A stretch of 64,000 bases of DNA. It comes from the human T2T-CHM13v2.0 reference genome, Homo sapiens. The stretch lies in assembly GCF_009914755.1 (NCBI RefSeq), contig NC_060925.1. One strand, written 5' to 3'. A program made the translations under genes and the position numbers. The notes beneath the pieces are model-generated. The model was not told the origin of the DNA. It saw only the letters and a list, made by a program, of their open reading frames with translations, and made no database searches. Each line of letters opens with the position of its first letter. Position 1 is the first letter of the stretch. Positions 60,813 through 64,000 of the stretch are shown here, piece after piece.

Positions 60813-62072
60813 AAAATGGGGATACTAATAGTATCTACCTCATAGATTTGTTTAAAAATTAAATGACACAATGTTTGTAAATCTATTAGTACCATGCTTG
60901 GCATAGAGTAAGAGCTCTATAATTGTTAGCTATTAACTATTATTATCCTTGCCAAAAGGAAGGAGAAGAAAAGCATGAGGCTGAATTTTTGAATTTTGCC
61001 CATTAAAAAATATCGGAGCTCTGGTAAAGATGCACTATGAGAGATAATCAACACATATGATCTGTTTCATCTTCAGCCTTGTAGTTTAATAATTTCCTTT
61101 CTCACCTTTAAAAAGCTTGTCCTTGCCTTTTCGCTCTTCTTGTAAGTCTCTCTTCAGTGCACCGTGTCCATAGTGCTACGTGTTAGGCACTATTCAAAGC
61201 ACATGACATGTACCAGCTTAATAAATTCTCACAACAATCCTACAAGGTAGATACTCAATGTGCCTATTTATTTTCAAGTGAAAAAACGGAGACACTTAGA
61301 GGTTAGGTAACTAGTGCAGGATCACATAGCTAGTAAGTGACAGTGTCACTGGCTCCAAAAGCAGGCAGTATGGATGAAGAATCTCTGCTCCATCACAGCC
61401 ATCGTGCAAAATTGCTTCGATATGCAGCAGTCCTCCCTTCAAAACAAACAAACAACACCTTTCCCAAGCTATCGACCTGGTAATATTATTATAGTTTATT
61501 TAATTAGATTGGCAGGACAGGCAAGGAGAAGTCTCTTGGGATTTGGATATGACAGCAGCTCTCATTGTCCTGTCTTCTGACTAAATCCCCTGGGGGATGT
61601 GGATGGAATAAAACTCTGCTATTCAGAAGGGTTGGCATTGCCCCCTGGGAGGTCTGGAAATTTATGAGGATAGTTTGGTTTTCACAATAATTGGGGGGTA
61701 CCATCACTCTGAAGGAGACAAAGGTGCTTATATCCCACATTATCTGTCACAATCACATACAATTTTCAAATGTCCACTTTAGACAATTTAGGTCTAGATT
61801 GTAACTGCTGATTATGTATAAGGAGCAATTCTCATATTGTTCTAGTGTATTTAATATAGTTCTAAGATTGCAGCCACCAGGTAAAATGAAAGAAACTGGT
61901 ACTTTTGTCTTCAAAACCTTAGCAGGAGTTGTTCATCATCTGAGACTATAAGGTCATGCTATTTGAATCCCAAAGACAACACAGCTGTATCAGTCTCCAA
62001 TTAGAGCCGCACATTCACAGTAAGGCTGCGCCATGACCGCTCTCCTAGTGCCAAAACATTTATATAAAACAA

Positions 62073-62800
<728 letters not shown>

Positions 62801-63235
62801 GGTAATAGACACCATTTGATAAATAATTTTCCATTTATTTCTTCTTTATATTTTCATTGGGTCATTATATTGCTATTTTGAAACTGTCTATATAAATAGT
62901 TATATATTATCTAAGACTCTCTCTTCAGGATAGCATTTGTGTGTGTGTGCGTGCATGTGCATGTGTGTTTCAAAATACATGTTTATAAAAAGGGGTTTTG
63001 TGCTTAATAGGGGTGATGTCCTCTGCTCGGCATCTCTGGGAAAGAACTGGTCTACAGAATAAGCTGTTGCTGTTTCCTATCAATATTTTACTATACAGGA
63101 AAATCAGAGCTACATGTCCTTAACACCAGCTTTCTGGTGAGGGAATTACTGATAAGTAATGAGAATTACTGATAAACAGAGAGAAAAATGAAATTTATGA
63201 GTTCTCCATCAAGTTCTGGCCTCTCCCCATCCTAA

Positions 63236-63561
<326 letters not shown>

Positions 63562-63587
63562 AAGTCTTTAAAGTATAAAACCTTAAG

Positions 63588-64000
<413 letters not shown>

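Overview
Primate genomic DNA, almost certainly human (it carries an SVA, AluY and young L1PA), lying inside the SMYD3 gene on the minus strand. The only coding sequence I can support is the 64-nt SMYD3 exon 2 (9182-9245, MYND-finger residues KEKLMRCSQCRVAKYCSAKCQ). Positions 9246-64000 are intron 1 and 1-9181 are intron 2. The rest is dense in repeats: about 35 Alus, a near full-length degenerate L1PB1 with a MER41A LTR inside it, an SVA, several MaLR/ERVL/ERV1 solo LTRs, DNA-transposon fossils and four minisatellites. The other ORFs in the track appear to be repeat-derived or chance. I found no new protein-coding system. The most notable structures are: (1) an SVA with a 3' transduction of an MLT1D LTR fragment, ending at that LTR's own poly(A) site and enclosed in one TSD; (2) a 38-copy 62/63-bp VNTR with a 314-bp higher-order repeat; (3) several locally templated copies (an MLT2 LTR plus 3' flank repeated 10 kb apart with mismatched TSDs, a 147-bp insertion into a (TA)n tract, a copied Alu-Alu junction, fold-back insertions); (4) a 124-bp hairpin; (5) three candidate cryptic SMYD3 exons. 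Repeat subfamily names come from recalled consensus sequences and many repeat boundaries are approximate; both should be confirmed with RepeatMasker/Dfam.
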